Part shown: positions 9,156 through 19,125 of the stretch, piece after piece
Position numbering within the stretch: position 1 is the first letter of the stretch
How the letters are laid out: each line of letters begins with the position of its first letter
Origin: Anaeroplasmataceae bacterium
Lineage (GTDB): Bacteria > Bacillota_I > Bacilli_A > Acholeplasmatales > JAEDCM01
Direction of reading: 5' to 3'
Length of the DNA stretch: 64,000 bases
Assembly: GCA_016294165.1 (NCBI GenBank)
Contig: JAEDCM010000003.1
Location: forward strand, 15,703 to 79,702
Position numbers and translations under genes: made by a program
The notes under the pieces: model-generated
The model's input: the letters and a program-made list of their open reading frames with translations, nothing else
The model's database searches: none
What the model was told of the DNA's origin: nothing

Positions 9156-10673
9156 ATGCAACTTGATGTTTTATTGGTTACACAAACGAGTGTTTCTTTA
9201 GAAATAATCAATGATTATCCATATTATACAAATGGATTATATAATGTGTATTTAAATGATAAATTAGTTTTAAAAAATAGAAAAACTAATGTTTTTTCTT
9301 TGTATAAATTAAAACCAAATACAGATTATAAGATAAGTGTTAAATTTGATAATGAAGCCATTTCTACAAACTTTAAAACATTATATGAAGAGGTTTGCTT
9401 GAATGTTTTAGATTTTAATGCAAAAGCGGATGGTACTAAGGATGATACTTTAGCAATTCAAGCGGCGATCATGGCTTGTCCAAGAAATGGTCGAGTATTT
9501 ATTCCAAAAGGAAAATATTTAATAACATCGTTATTTTTACGTGATGATGTCAGTATTGAATTATCAAAAAATGCAGTTTTAATTGGAAATGTTAATCGTA
9601 ATGATTATCCAATATTACCAGGTTTAAAGAATAATTGTTACTTAGGAACATGGGAGGGGTCTCCGGATTTAGCTTTTACGAGCATTATTACGGGAATAAA
9701 TGTTAAAAATGTTTTGATTTATGGATTAGGAGTTATCGATTGTAATGCACAAAATGGAGATTGGTGGGTTAATCATCGAGAAATGCGCATTGCGAGAAGA
9801 CCTAATGGGATATTTTTAAACAATTGTGAAAATATTTCATTTCAAGGTATCACTGTAAAAAATACGCCATCATGGAACCAACACCCTTTTTTTAGTCGCA
9901 ATTTAAAATATATTGATATATCTTTATTAAGCCCTAAGAATTCCCCAACAACTGATGGAATTGATCCGGAAAGCTGTGATAATGTATTGATATGTGGAGT
10001 GAAGATTAGTGTTGGTGATGATTGTATTGCGATTAAGTCTGGTAAATTAGCAATGGCAAAAAAATTTAAAACACCTTCTAGTAATATTACAATTAGAAAT
10101 TCTTTGATGAAATATGGGCATGCTGGTGTGACCATTGGAAGTGAATTGTCTGGAGGCATTAATAACATAAATGTGAATAAATGCGTTTTTTATAAGACTG
10201 ATCGTGGATTAAGAATTAAGAGCCAAAGAGGTCGCGGAAAGGATGCAATTGTTAATAATGTTAAATTTGATAATATTGTTATGAATAATGTTTTATGCCC
10301 ATTAGTTATTAATATGATGTATAAGGCTGGTAGTGATAAGGGTAATGAGGAGCGTTGGAGTGGTGAAAAACAATCAGTGACATCCCTAACTCCAAGCCTT
10401 GGGACCTTTGAGTTTAATAATATAAAAGCAACCAATATTGAATGGGGTGCTGGTTATTTTTGGGGATTAAAAGAAAGCCCAATTAAAAAAATAATTATTA
10501 ATAATTCTAGTTTTGTGTTCAAAAACAAAGCTAGAGGGGGTATAATAGCCATGAGTCTAAAAAATAACTACTGTAAGAAACAGGGGTTAACGTTTATAAA
10601 TGTTAAAAATTATGAATTGAATAATGTCTATATTGATGGACAAAAGGGAGAAAAAATAATAGAGGTGAAATAA
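9156..10673 (+). CDS. Glycoside hydrolase family 28 (polygalacturonase/exo-poly-alpha-galacturonosidase), cytoplasmic
   Basis: LNVLDFNAKADGTKDDTLAIQAAI (pectate-lyase-superfamily N-terminus of the beta-helix), GDDCIAIKSG and RIK motifs of GH28; no signal peptide. Confidence 0.75.
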   Translation: MQLDVLLVTQTSVSLEIINDYPYYTNGLYNVYLNDKLVLKNRKTNVFSLYKLKPNTDYKISVKFDNEAISTNFKTLYEEVCLNVLDFNAKADGTKDDTLAIQAAIMACPRNGRVFIPKGKYLITSLFLRDDVSIELSKNAVLIGNVNRNDYPILPGLKNNCYLGTWEGSPDLAFTSIITGINVKNVLIYGLGVIDCNAQNGDWWVNHREMRIARRPNGIFLNNCENISFQGITVKNTPSWNQHPFFSRNLKYIDISLLSPKNSPTTDGIDPESCDNVLICGVKISVGDDCIAIKSGKLAMAKKFKTPSSNITIRNSLMKYGHAGVTIGSELSGGINNINVNKCVFYKTDRGLRIKSQRGRGKDAIVNNVKFDNIVMNNVLCPLVINMMYKAGSDKGNEERWSGEKQSVTSLTPSLGTFEFNNIKATNIEWGAGYFWGLKESPIKKIIINNSSFVFKNKARGGIIAMSLKNNYCKKQGLTFINVKNYELNNVYIDGQKGEKIIEVK

Positions 10674-10675
10674 GT

Positions 10676-11605
10676 ATGGTTGTAACAATTAAGGATTTAC
10701 ACAAGACCTATAAAGGTGGAAACAAGGCCCTTAACGGCTTATCTTTAGAGGTTAGAGAAGGAGAAATTTTTGGGCTTCTTGGCCCAAATGGTAGTGGTAA
10801 GACGACCGCAATCAATTGTTTATTGTCATTATTAAAATATGATAGTGGAGAAATTAAAGTTTTTGATACAGAAATCTCTCCTGACAATTATGAAATTAAG
10901 AAGAACATTGGTGTTGTTTTTCAAAATGTGGCGGTTTTTGATGAATTAACGGTATATGAAAATATTGATTATTTTTGTGGATTATACATCAAGGATAAAC
11001 AATTAAGAAAACAATATGTTGCGGAGGCTATTAGTTTCACATCACTTGAGGGTTATGAAAAATTTCGACCTAAAAAGCTATCTGGTGGTTTATTAAGACG
11101 CTTAAACATTGCTTGTGGTATTGCTCATAAGCCAAAGCTGATTATTCTTGATGAGCCAACAGTTGCGGTTGATCCACAATCAAGAAATAGCATTTTAGAA
11201 AAAATTGTTGAATTAAAGAATCAAGGATCAACTATTATATACACCTCACATTATATGGAAGAGGTTGAACAAATTTGTGATTATATCACGATTATTGATA
11301 AAGGAAATGTCATTGCTCATGGCACAAAGGAAAAGTTGAAATCAATGATTGATTTAGAGGAAACAATTGGTGTTGAAATCAATGATATTAAGCCTGAATA
11401 CTTAGAATTATTTAAAGATTTCCTTCATGCCGAAATTGTGGATAAAAAGGTAATCAAAATAAAATGCAATAATACTGATCATAATATTGTATCAGTTCTT
11501 AAGATTCTTCAAGATAATAATATTAGCTATGGAAGAATTTATTCAGAACGCCCAACATTAAACGATGTCTTCCTAGAGTTAACTGGAAAGGAACTTCGTG
11601 ATTAA
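10676..11605 (+). CDS. ABC transporter ATP-binding protein (ABC-2 type)
   Basis: Walker A GPNGSGKTT, LSGG signature, Walker B ILDEPT. Confidence 0.85.
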   Translation: MVVTIKDLHKTYKGGNKALNGLSLEVREGEIFGLLGPNGSGKTTAINCLLSLLKYDSGEIKVFDTEISPDNYEIKKNIGVVFQNVAVFDELTVYENIDYFCGLYIKDKQLRKQYVAEAISFTSLEGYEKFRPKKLSGGLLRRLNIACGIAHKPKLIILDEPTVAVDPQSRNSILEKIVELKNQGSTIIYTSHYMEEVEQICDYITIIDKGNVIAHGTKEKLKSMIDLEETIGVEINDIKPEYLELFKDFLHAEIVDKKVIKIKCNNTDHNIVSVLKILQDNNISYGRIYSERPTLNDVFLELTGKELRD

Positions 11606-12705
11606 TGAATGTTTATTTAAACCGTTTGAAATGTATTTTAAGAAATAAAGCAACAGTATTTTGGACATTAATTTTTCCAATAATTATGGCTTTGTTATTT
11701 AAAATGGCATTTGGTGATGTATTCACAACTAGTGATTTTAAAACAATTAATGTTGGGGTTATTAATTCAAGCAGTGTTAATACTGATTTGATTACATATT
11801 TAGAATCAGAAACGTTTGGAGAAAAAAAAGCTTTTAAGATTACATATTATGATGAAGAGAGTGAGGATATCCTTTCAAAAGAAGAAGGATATTTAAGATT
11901 TGGCACTGAGATTGATTTAGTTATTAAAGAATCAGGTATCAATCAAAATATTATCAAATCATATGTAGATGGATATCTACAAACAACCGATCTAGTTTAT
12001 AATGTTATATCGATTACCGGTAATATTGGTGTTTTAGATGAATTATCAAATTATGATCGCTATGTTTTAAATAGAACAAAGGATATTGATTTGATTATGA
12101 ATTACTTTTACACTCTAATTGCTATGAGTGTAATGTTTGGTTGTACCTTCTCATTAGAGGATTTACATGCTAGTGAGGCAAATATGTCAGATGTTGGAAA
12201 GCGTGTTAATATAGCGCCTACTCACAAGTTAAAACTATTAGTTTCTAACCTATGTGCATCATTCACGATAATATTTAGTGAAATACTTATTTATTTATTG
12301 TTCTTAAGATTTGCATTAAATGTTGATTTTGGAAACAATGCTTTAATAATTTTAGGAGTTGTAGTTATTGGATGCCTTAATAGTCTATTATTTGGACTAT
12401 TTGTAGGTGTATTAATAAAGGGAAGTGAAGCATTTAAAAATGGTATTGTAACGGGTATTGTTTTATTTATGTGTTTCCTATCAGGTATGATGATGGCCAC
12501 AATTAAATTTACCATTTATGAGAATGCTAAATTCCTGCATTATTTAAATCCATGTAGCTTAATTACTGATAGTTTATATATGATTTATATTGATCAAATT
12601 GATGAAAGATTTGTTGGAAATATAATTGCTTTAGGAGGATTGTCAATAATCTTCTTGGTGGTAAGTTACATTAAATTAAGGGGGCGTAGATATGAGTCTG
12701 TATAA
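11605..12705 (+). CDS. ABC-2 family transporter permease
   Basis: 366 aa, N-terminal TM then large extracytoplasmic loop then 5 TM; overlapping start/stop with the upstream ATPase. Confidence 0.65.
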   Translation: MNVYLNRLKCILRNKATVFWTLIFPIIMALLFKMAFGDVFTTSDFKTINVGVINSSSVNTDLITYLESETFGEKKAFKITYYDEESEDILSKEEGYLRFGTEIDLVIKESGINQNIIKSYVDGYLQTTDLVYNVISITGNIGVLDELSNYDRYVLNRTKDIDLIMNYFYTLIAMSVMFGCTFSLEDLHASEANMSDVGKRVNIAPTHKLKLLVSNLCASFTIIFSEILIYLLFLRFALNVDFGNNALIILGVVVIGCLNSLLFGLFVGVLIKGSEAFKNGIVTGIVLFMCFLSGMMMATIKFTIYENAKFLHYLNPCSLITDSLYMIYIDQIDERFVGNIIALGGLSIIFLVVSYIKLRGRRYESV

Positions 12706-13801
12706 AGCCTTTTTAAAAATATTAAAGTGTAATCTATTAGTAATTGTAATATACGTTGCTATTTTTTGTGCGATTGCTGTTTTAGCTTCAGGAGATAATA
12801 ATAGTGGATATTCAGAGGTTTCTGTTGATGTGGCAGTTGTTGATTATGATAATTCTCTAGCATCAAAGGAAATTGTTAAGTTTTTAGATGAAAAAGCTAA
12901 TATCAAGGATATTGAAAATATTGATGATGCCTTATATTTAGGAGGTATTAGAGTTTATATTGAAATACCTGAGGGCTTTGGTGAAAAGTTGTTTACGGAA
13001 GATAGAATAAATGTTTTATATGAAATAAGCGCTGCATCAACAAACGGAATGTATTTAGTTGAAAAGCTTAATGATTATATTAATAAGCTCGTGATAGCGC
13101 ATAATGGTGGAGTTAGTGAGGATCAAGTTTTTGATGTTGTAAATGCATCATTAGAGAACGAAGCTAAGCCGGTAGTCATCGCCAAGGATAGTAGCCTATT
13201 AAGTGATGCAAAATATTATATGAATTATTTATCATATATCCTTACCGCAGTTATTACTACAATCATTTCAACAGTAATGCTTTCTTTTGGATCTAAGGAT
13301 GTCAGAAGAAGAAATGATATATCGCCAGTAAATATCTCAAAATTTAATTTAATTTTATTTGGTTTAAACCTATTATTTAGTTTTGTATTATTAGGTATAA
13401 TGTTGATGGTATGCGGTTTTATGTATAATTGGGTAGTGTTTAAGGGCACAGGATTATTGTTTATATTAAATAGTGTTATCTATGTTGCGTTCATTGTTAG
13501 TGTTGGATATTTAATTGGTATTGCTTGCAAGAAAAAACAAGTTTCATCTGCCGTTATAAACATTGTTTCATTAGCACCATCATTTCTATGTGGAGTATTC
13601 GTCCCACAAGAGCTTTTAAATATTCCGATTAGTAAAGCATTAGCTCCATATTATTATGTAAGAGCTAATGAATTGATTTACAAGACTGGTGAAGTTAATC
13701 AGGATGTTATTAATTGTTTTATTTTCCAAATTGTATCGACAATAGTTGTTCTTGGAGTTTGTTTGATTATTGTTAGGAAGAATCGAAAAAGCGAAAACTA
13801 A
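12692..13801 (+). CDS. ABC-2 family transporter permease (second subunit)
   Basis: 369 aa with the same topology as the preceding permease; coupled start. Confidence 0.65.
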   Translation: MSLYKAFLKILKCNLLVIVIYVAIFCAIAVLASGDNNSGYSEVSVDVAVVDYDNSLASKEIVKFLDEKANIKDIENIDDALYLGGIRVYIEIPEGFGEKLFTEDRINVLYEISAASTNGMYLVEKLNDYINKLVIAHNGGVSEDQVFDVVNASLENEAKPVVIAKDSSLLSDAKYYMNYLSYILTAVITTIISTVMLSFGSKDVRRRNDISPVNISKFNLILFGLNLLFSFVLLGIMLMVCGFMYNWVVFKGTGLLFILNSVIYVAFIVSVGYLIGIACKKKQVSSAVINIVSLAPSFLCGVFVPQELLNIPISKALAPYYYVRANELIYKTGEVNQDVINCFIFQIVSTIVVLGVCLIIVRKNRKSEN

Positions 13802-13944
13802 TTAAAAAAATTCTCTTATTTTTGACCTTAATATTGAAGGAATAGATGTATTTATAAGGTTTATAGCTGAATAAAAAAGAGGAATATAAACTAGTACCAT
13901 TAGATTAATTACTTTAAATCTAAGATATTAGGAATATTCCTTTT

Positions 13945-16608
13945 TTATTTTGTAAAAATATTTTGTATATTTTTAAATACCATTTTTGCTTCAGATGCGA
14001 TTGATTCATCATCACTTTCTAGTAATGTTAATTTTAGTTTAGTTTCTCCGTTTTCATAAGATATATAAATCGAAGAATTCCTATAAATATATAAAGAGGC
14101 TTCTCTTGTGAAACCAACTTGTTGTAAAAAAATTACTAAACCTTCTGTGGTTCCATATTCTACGTATTCATACCAATCATTTTTAAGATGTTCAATTTTT
14201 TTTATTTTTTTGTATTGGCTTGAGAATTTGTGAAAATAATTAGAAAACTTAAAGAGAATAATACGCTCAATTTCTTTTAAAGTATCATTGATGAGTTTAT
14301 TACGATGAAGTTTGGAATCATTATATGGTACATCTTTATACCATGGAAATGGTTCAATTTCTTTTTCTTCTTTAGTTTTGGCAAATCTTAGTGTCATTTC
14401 ATTTTTAGGGTTACTGTAGTAAGAGATTGAATCGTTTATTATTTCATTTATTGTCAATCCATATAGCCATTTATTTAGTGCAACCGCATGTCTCTTAATT
14501 ATAGGATGTTCTCCATAATAATTAATATTACCAGCTAATGATTTATCATATTTATCCCAATTAAAAATATAACATAATTGTTCTAAAAAATTTACTATAT
14601 CGTCATATCTTGTATCTGAATGTAGAGATGGATATTCTAAACCTTTTTCTATAGCGTTATTAAGTCTAATAACTTGATCTAAAGATGTGTTTATATCATC
14701 ATCAATATGTTCTTTAAATGATGAAAATTGCTCATTAATTTCATTTCTAACATTACCTTGAAGATAAGTACTAAACTCATTAGTAATCAAGGTATCTTTA
14801 TTATCTATAATATCTTTTAATAAAATTAACGTGTATCTTCTGACTATATCAAATTCTCCAGTTGGTATAAAATCTGGTCTATCAAAATTAACAATTCCTT
14901 CTTTTAATTTTTCAACAATAAAACACTTATATTCATCTTTTAAAGAAGAAGTAACAGATAGTTTTTGTTTTGCTATTTTTTTCTGAATTAGATCTTGGAA
15001 AGTATTTATTTGAGAAGAATCATTTATAACTGCAAATACATTGCCATATAGATTGTACTTAATTCTTCCAACTCTACCTATTAAATTTTTAAATTCAACA
15101 GATGTAAAGTTTTTTTTCCCATTTTCATAACTTAATATAAATAAATTATCAGCTGGAAGATTAATTCCTTCAATTAATGTACTAGTACAAAATAATGTAT
15201 GGATAATATTATTTATATATAACTTTTCTATTTTCAATCTAACAGAAGTACTTAAATTACCTATGTGATAAGCTACACCTTTTTTTACTAAATCAGCCAA
15301 ATAAATAGATTGATGAATTTCTTTTTTTATATATTCAGATAACTCTATTAGTTCCTTGTATCCACGTTCATTTGGATTAATGTAATCCAAGTTTTTAGAG
15401 AATTCTAAAGCTAAATCTTGAACATCAGAAATTTTATTAGCATAAATAAGATTTTGGATATTATTATTTGAAAATATTGTTGATTTGATTAGTTGAAAAT
15501 AATCAATTTCCTCATTTAAAGTTATTAAATCAACAAAATTATTTGTGTATTGGTTGTAAAAACTAATAGTATTATTTGTTTTATTGATAATATATTGTAC
15601 TTGATTAACCGGTGAATAAACAGTGTGAATATTGTTACTGATATATTCTGATTTTAGGTTTTTATTAGATATTAAATTAAGATATATTTCAGGATTTGGT
15701 ATATTTGGTGAAGCAAAATAAATATGAGCATCAGGATTTAAATCTAATGACATATTTATTACTTTATAGTAAAATGAACTTCTAATGTCTGTATCGGAAA
15801 TTTTATGAGCTTCATCTATAAATAAATCATGAATAATTGAAGATTTTTGCATCAATAAATATAATAATCTTTCTGGGGTTAAAATAAATACATAATTACT
15901 TTTTTCATTTACTATTGGAGTGCTAGCTGAAGTAATCACTTTATAGTTATACTCGTGCAAGTAATCTCCAAAATCATCAATTGCAGTCCTATATATATCA
16001 TTAATTAATGATTTACTTGGGACTATAATTGCATAGTTCTTTTTAATACCCTTTAGGATTTCATTTTTTATTTTAACAAGCATAATAAATGTTTTACCTA
16101 AGGAAGTTTTTCCAGAATAACTAAAGTATTTATGATTTAATGAATCATAAATTTGTTTTTGATTTATGAAGAAATACTTATTATTTTCATTAGGTATTTT
16201 TAATACTTCTTTTTGCAATTCATCAAAAATTTTATCTTTTAAATTTAAGTGTTTATAGTCCGGAAGTTTGTTAGCTATTCCTTGATAATTGCCTAAGTTA
16301 GATAAAATATTTCCAACAATATTTCTAACATCTTTATTGTCAAAATACTGATTTAGGGTTAATATTGCAATTTCTTGTCCCCATTGGCGATATAAGTCTT
16401 CATTTTTCACATATGAAGCTTTTGATAGAATATCAGCAAATTGCAATGCATGTAATGGATTATATTGTTCATGTTCATTTTGTAATTTTAAAGTGTCGAT
16501 TAAATTATTATAAATTATTCTTTCATATATAGTAATTAGATAATCGTTTTTTTCTAAATTATCATATAAAGTTTCTCTGATACTTTTTGCCATATTTTTA
16601 TTCTCCAA
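13945..16608 (-). CDS. DEAH-type superfamily-2 helicase, HamB-like (candidate Hachiman-type defence helicase)
   Basis: Motif I SGKTSLGKTF, motif II LFIDEAHKIS (DEAH), motif VI IGRVGRIKYN; 887 aa with about 370-aa non-helicase C-terminal extension; very AT-rich; translationally coupled to the upstream 434-aa gene. Confidence 0.55.
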   Translation of the reverse strand: MENKNMAKSIRETLYDNLEKNDYLITIYERIIYNNLIDTLKLQNEHEQYNPLHALQFADILSKASYVKNEDLYRQWGQEIAILTLNQYFDNKDVRNIVGNILSNLGNYQGIANKLPDYKHLNLKDKIFDELQKEVLKIPNENNKYFFINQKQIYDSLNHKYFSYSGKTSLGKTFIMLVKIKNEILKGIKKNYAIIVPSKSLINDIYRTAIDDFGDYLHEYNYKVITSASTPIVNEKSNYVFILTPERLLYLLMQKSSIIHDLFIDEAHKISDTDIRSSFYYKVINMSLDLNPDAHIYFASPNIPNPEIYLNLISNKNLKSEYISNNIHTVYSPVNQVQYIINKTNNTISFYNQYTNNFVDLITLNEEIDYFQLIKSTIFSNNNIQNLIYANKISDVQDLALEFSKNLDYINPNERGYKELIELSEYIKKEIHQSIYLADLVKKGVAYHIGNLSTSVRLKIEKLYINNIIHTLFCTSTLIEGINLPADNLFILSYENGKKNFTSVEFKNLIGRVGRIKYNLYGNVFAVINDSSQINTFQDLIQKKIAKQKLSVTSSLKDEYKCFIVEKLKEGIVNFDRPDFIPTGEFDIVRRYTLILLKDIIDNKDTLITNEFSTYLQGNVRNEINEQFSSFKEHIDDDINTSLDQVIRLNNAIEKGLEYPSLHSDTRYDDIVNFLEQLCYIFNWDKYDKSLAGNINYYGEHPIIKRHAVALNKWLYGLTINEIINDSISYYSNPKNEMTLRFAKTKEEKEIEPFPWYKDVPYNDSKLHRNKLINDTLKEIERIILFKFSNYFHKFSSQYKKIKKIEHLKNDWYEYVEYGTTEGLVIFLQQVGFTREASLYIYRNSSIYISYENGETKLKLTLLESDDESIASEAKMVFKNIQNIFTK

Positions 16609-17902
16609 ACATTAGTTTTGTATACAACTCAGAAGTAGTATCATCAATGCTATTTAATGGTAGAAGATAAATATAAAAAGAATAATTATTTAAATTCAAA
16701 TCAATAATTTTTTTCTCAATACATTCTTTTGCAACTTTAAAATCATGTTCATATTGTTCTTTAAATTCTTTCATAATATTAGGTTTAGAAATATCTAATT
16801 TAAAAGTATATCCTATAAAAACTCCAAATGCATTTGGCCCTCTTAATGGACGATCAGTTAAATCTTCTGGTTTAGGTAAAAAAATACTTTTAATATCAAC
16901 ACCTTCAGGAAGGGTATAATCTAAACATTCTTCAGATAATAAATTTATTTCTTTATGAGAATTATTTTTTATTTTTATCACTTTCTCAAATGCTCTATCT
17001 ATTGCCTCTTTTATATTATTTAGTGCACAGGAGGATCCAAAAACTATATCAAATTGAGGCTCACTATTGATGATTGGTAATCTGTGTATATGAATTCCAT
17101 CTGAATATGAATGGACATTAATATCATCTAGTTGTATTTTACTCATTATTTTAGGAGCATTTAATGAAGCTTCTAAAAAAATATACAATAGCATCTCACT
17201 TAATTGTTTTGCTTTATCACCAATTGACATTCTTTTTAATACTTTTTGTAGTGATTCTATAGCAATTAAGTCATTTATTTTGTTGTTTTTAGCTTTAATA
17301 GTAACATAATTTTTAATGTTATCATTTATTAATTTAAACATATCTTCTTGATTGAATTTAAATGCAGAAGAATCAAAATTTAGTATATATATAGATATTT
17401 TTTGGTTTTTATTAGGTGCAAATGTGTATTGATTTTTCAGATAAAATGTTTTGTTGAATTCATCTTTTTTAACTGAGACATCTAGTATTTCTTTTTTCTT
17501 TGTAATTCTTTTTTGAGAAGCAATATTTCTTAGAACATTAGATAAATCAGCGGATAATTTATTTACTATATCATTAGTAGTTTTTTCCTTTCTTAATCCA
17601 AGCGCAGAGCCTAACTCTATTAATCTATTCTCATTAATATGTTCTGTTAAATAGATTTCAACCTTTTTATTATTAATATTTATTAGATTTTTAGCATCCG
17701 CAGCAGATAAAGGATTATTGTCAAAATATCTATTTAGAGTATTTTTATCCCATTGAAGAACAGGGATTGATGGGTCGTTCTTGTCTACAACATAATTAAA
17801 AAAATCTTTTATGAATTCTCCTTGCCCTAATTCTGGAATAAAATGATATAATAATAAAATTAAATTTTTAAATTCTTCTTGATGTTTAGTCATTATATTC
17901 AC
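16598..17902 (-). CDS. Hypothetical protein, partner of the helicase (possible HamA/DUF1837-like effector)
   Basis: 434 aa, no recognisable ATPase motifs, 11-nt overlap with the downstream helicase start, AAGAAGGTGAA RBS; role assigned only from gene context. Confidence 0.3.
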   Translation of the reverse strand: MNIMTKHQEEFKNLILLLYHFIPELGQGEFIKDFFNYVVDKNDPSIPVLQWDKNTLNRYFDNNPLSAADAKNLININNKKVEIYLTEHINENRLIELGSALGLRKEKTTNDIVNKLSADLSNVLRNIASQKRITKKKEILDVSVKKDEFNKTFYLKNQYTFAPNKNQKISIYILNFDSSAFKFNQEDMFKLINDNIKNYVTIKAKNNKINDLIAIESLQKVLKRMSIGDKAKQLSEMLLYIFLEASLNAPKIMSKIQLDDINVHSYSDGIHIHRLPIINSEPQFDIVFGSSCALNNIKEAIDRAFEKVIKIKNNSHKEINLLSEECLDYTLPEGVDIKSIFLPKPEDLTDRPLRGPNAFGVFIGYTFKLDISKPNIMKEFKEQYEHDFKVAKECIEKKIIDLNLNNYSFYIYLLPLNSIDDTTSELYTKLMFGE

Positions 17903-18184
17903 CTTCTTTTTAACTTACTGTAGCTTACGAACACTTACTAACGCTTTCAGTTGCATTTGTAGATTTATTGATTTATAAGTGTTATAATTTATTTGAAAAG
18001 GAAATTATTTTGTATATTTATTTAGATTATACCAATTTTTTCTAAAATCCTCAATTGGTCATTTATTTAAATAAAAGAATAATTATCTTTTTATAAAAAT
18101 TAGGCTTTGGTGGGCTAAAAAAACACCAGAATTTAATACTTGCAATATCCTTAGGAGAACCGCGCGGTGTAATGAACCGTTTGA

Positions 18185-18248
18185 GACGGGCGGAAAGAAA
18201 AACATATTAAATTATGTTAAGTCTTTCTGCTCGTCTTTTTGTTTTTTT
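18185..18248 (+). terminator. Strong intrinsic terminator ending a non-coding element upstream of the sigma-like gene
   Basis: 13-bp stem gacgggcggaaag/ctttctgctcgtc (two G-U pairs) enclosing an internally palindromic loop, followed by tttttgttttttt. Confidence 0.7.
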
Positions 18249-18304
18249 AAGGATGTGCAGGTACTTTCTAGGGATTTGCATTTATTAATTCGAAAGGATT
18301 ATAA

Positions 18305-18739
18305 ATGAAAAAAGACACAAAAATTGTTAAGCTACAAGTTTCTAGGAAGAACTATGAATTTATTGAAGTAAAAGATGATAATGAATTGAAATTAATTGAA
18401 GAACTGAATCGTGATTTTTATAGATTCGAAAAAAGTCAAGAAAGATTAAGAAGAAAATCTGTTTCTTGCGATAATCTTTTAGAAGATTATAAATATGAGA
18501 TTCCATCTATTGAAAATGACCCATTTGAAAAAGTGGTAATTGTAAAAAGGAATAAAGCTTTGTATGATGCTATAAATTCTTTAGAAGAAATAGAAAAAAA
18601 GATTTTTATTTTAAGAGCAAGTGATGAAATGTCTTTTAATTCTATTGCTAATAGTGTTAATTTGTCAAAGACCGCTGTAATAAAAAAATATAATGCTATT
18701 ATTTTGAAACTTCATTATTTATTAAAAGATTATATGTAA
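18305..18739 (+). CDS. Sigma-70 region-4-like HTH protein (minimal alternative sigma / TcdR-UviA-like or Tn916 Orf7-like regulator)
   Basis: C-terminal LYDAINSLEEIEKKIFILRASDEMSFNSIANSVNLSKTAVIKKYNAIILKL fits the sigma-70 region 4.2 HTH pattern; 144 aa. Confidence 0.5.
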   Translation: MKKDTKIVKLQVSRKNYEFIEVKDDNELKLIEELNRDFYRFEKSQERLRRKSVSCDNLLEDYKYEIPSIENDPFEKVVIVKRNKALYDAINSLEEIEKKIFILRASDEMSFNSIANSVNLSKTAVIKKYNAIILKLHYLLKDYM

Positions 18740-18755
18740 TCTACTTCTATACATA

Positions 18756-18788
18756 GGCAAATTTTGAGGATTATTTGCCTTTTTTTTA
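18756..18788 (+). terminator. Intrinsic terminator after the sigma-like gene
   Basis: ggcaaat/atttgcc hairpin followed by a T9 run. Confidence 0.7.
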
Positions 18789-19125
18789 TTCTTTGGTGTT
18801 CAAAATGCCATCTAAGTGTCCAGTACTATTGTAGGGATAAGCTTACACGTCCTTTGATAACTGTTATGGCGCCTAACATTTATCAAATTTGGACAATCCA
18901 TAAGGAGGTGGTTCCTATGATTTAGGTTGTGATCAAAAAGGTAGTAAATATTAAATATAGAGTACTAATTGGTAGTAAAAAAAAGAAAGAAATAGTGCTA
19001 CAAAAATGATCGAAATTTTAAAAAACTTGATATTGATTAGGGCTGCGTATGATTAATTATGCATTATAGCACTAAGGTTAAGCTCTTACCAAAATAGAGT
19101 AAAAAAATTATAAGGAGAATAAAAA

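Noticed and set aside
17903-18090. Promoter for the minus-strand helicase operon and repeated gtaag motifs upstream of its RBS
   Set aside because: Could not identify a convincing -35/-10 pair by eye on the reverse strand. The gtaag repeats are short and may be chance in AT-rich DNA.
18790-19125. Promoter of the Rhs operon (candidate TTGATA ... TGATTA around 19033-19065)
   Set aside because: The match to sigma-A consensus is weak and several alternatives exist. If the operon is driven by the adjacent sigma-like factor, the relevant motif is unknown. Left uncalled.
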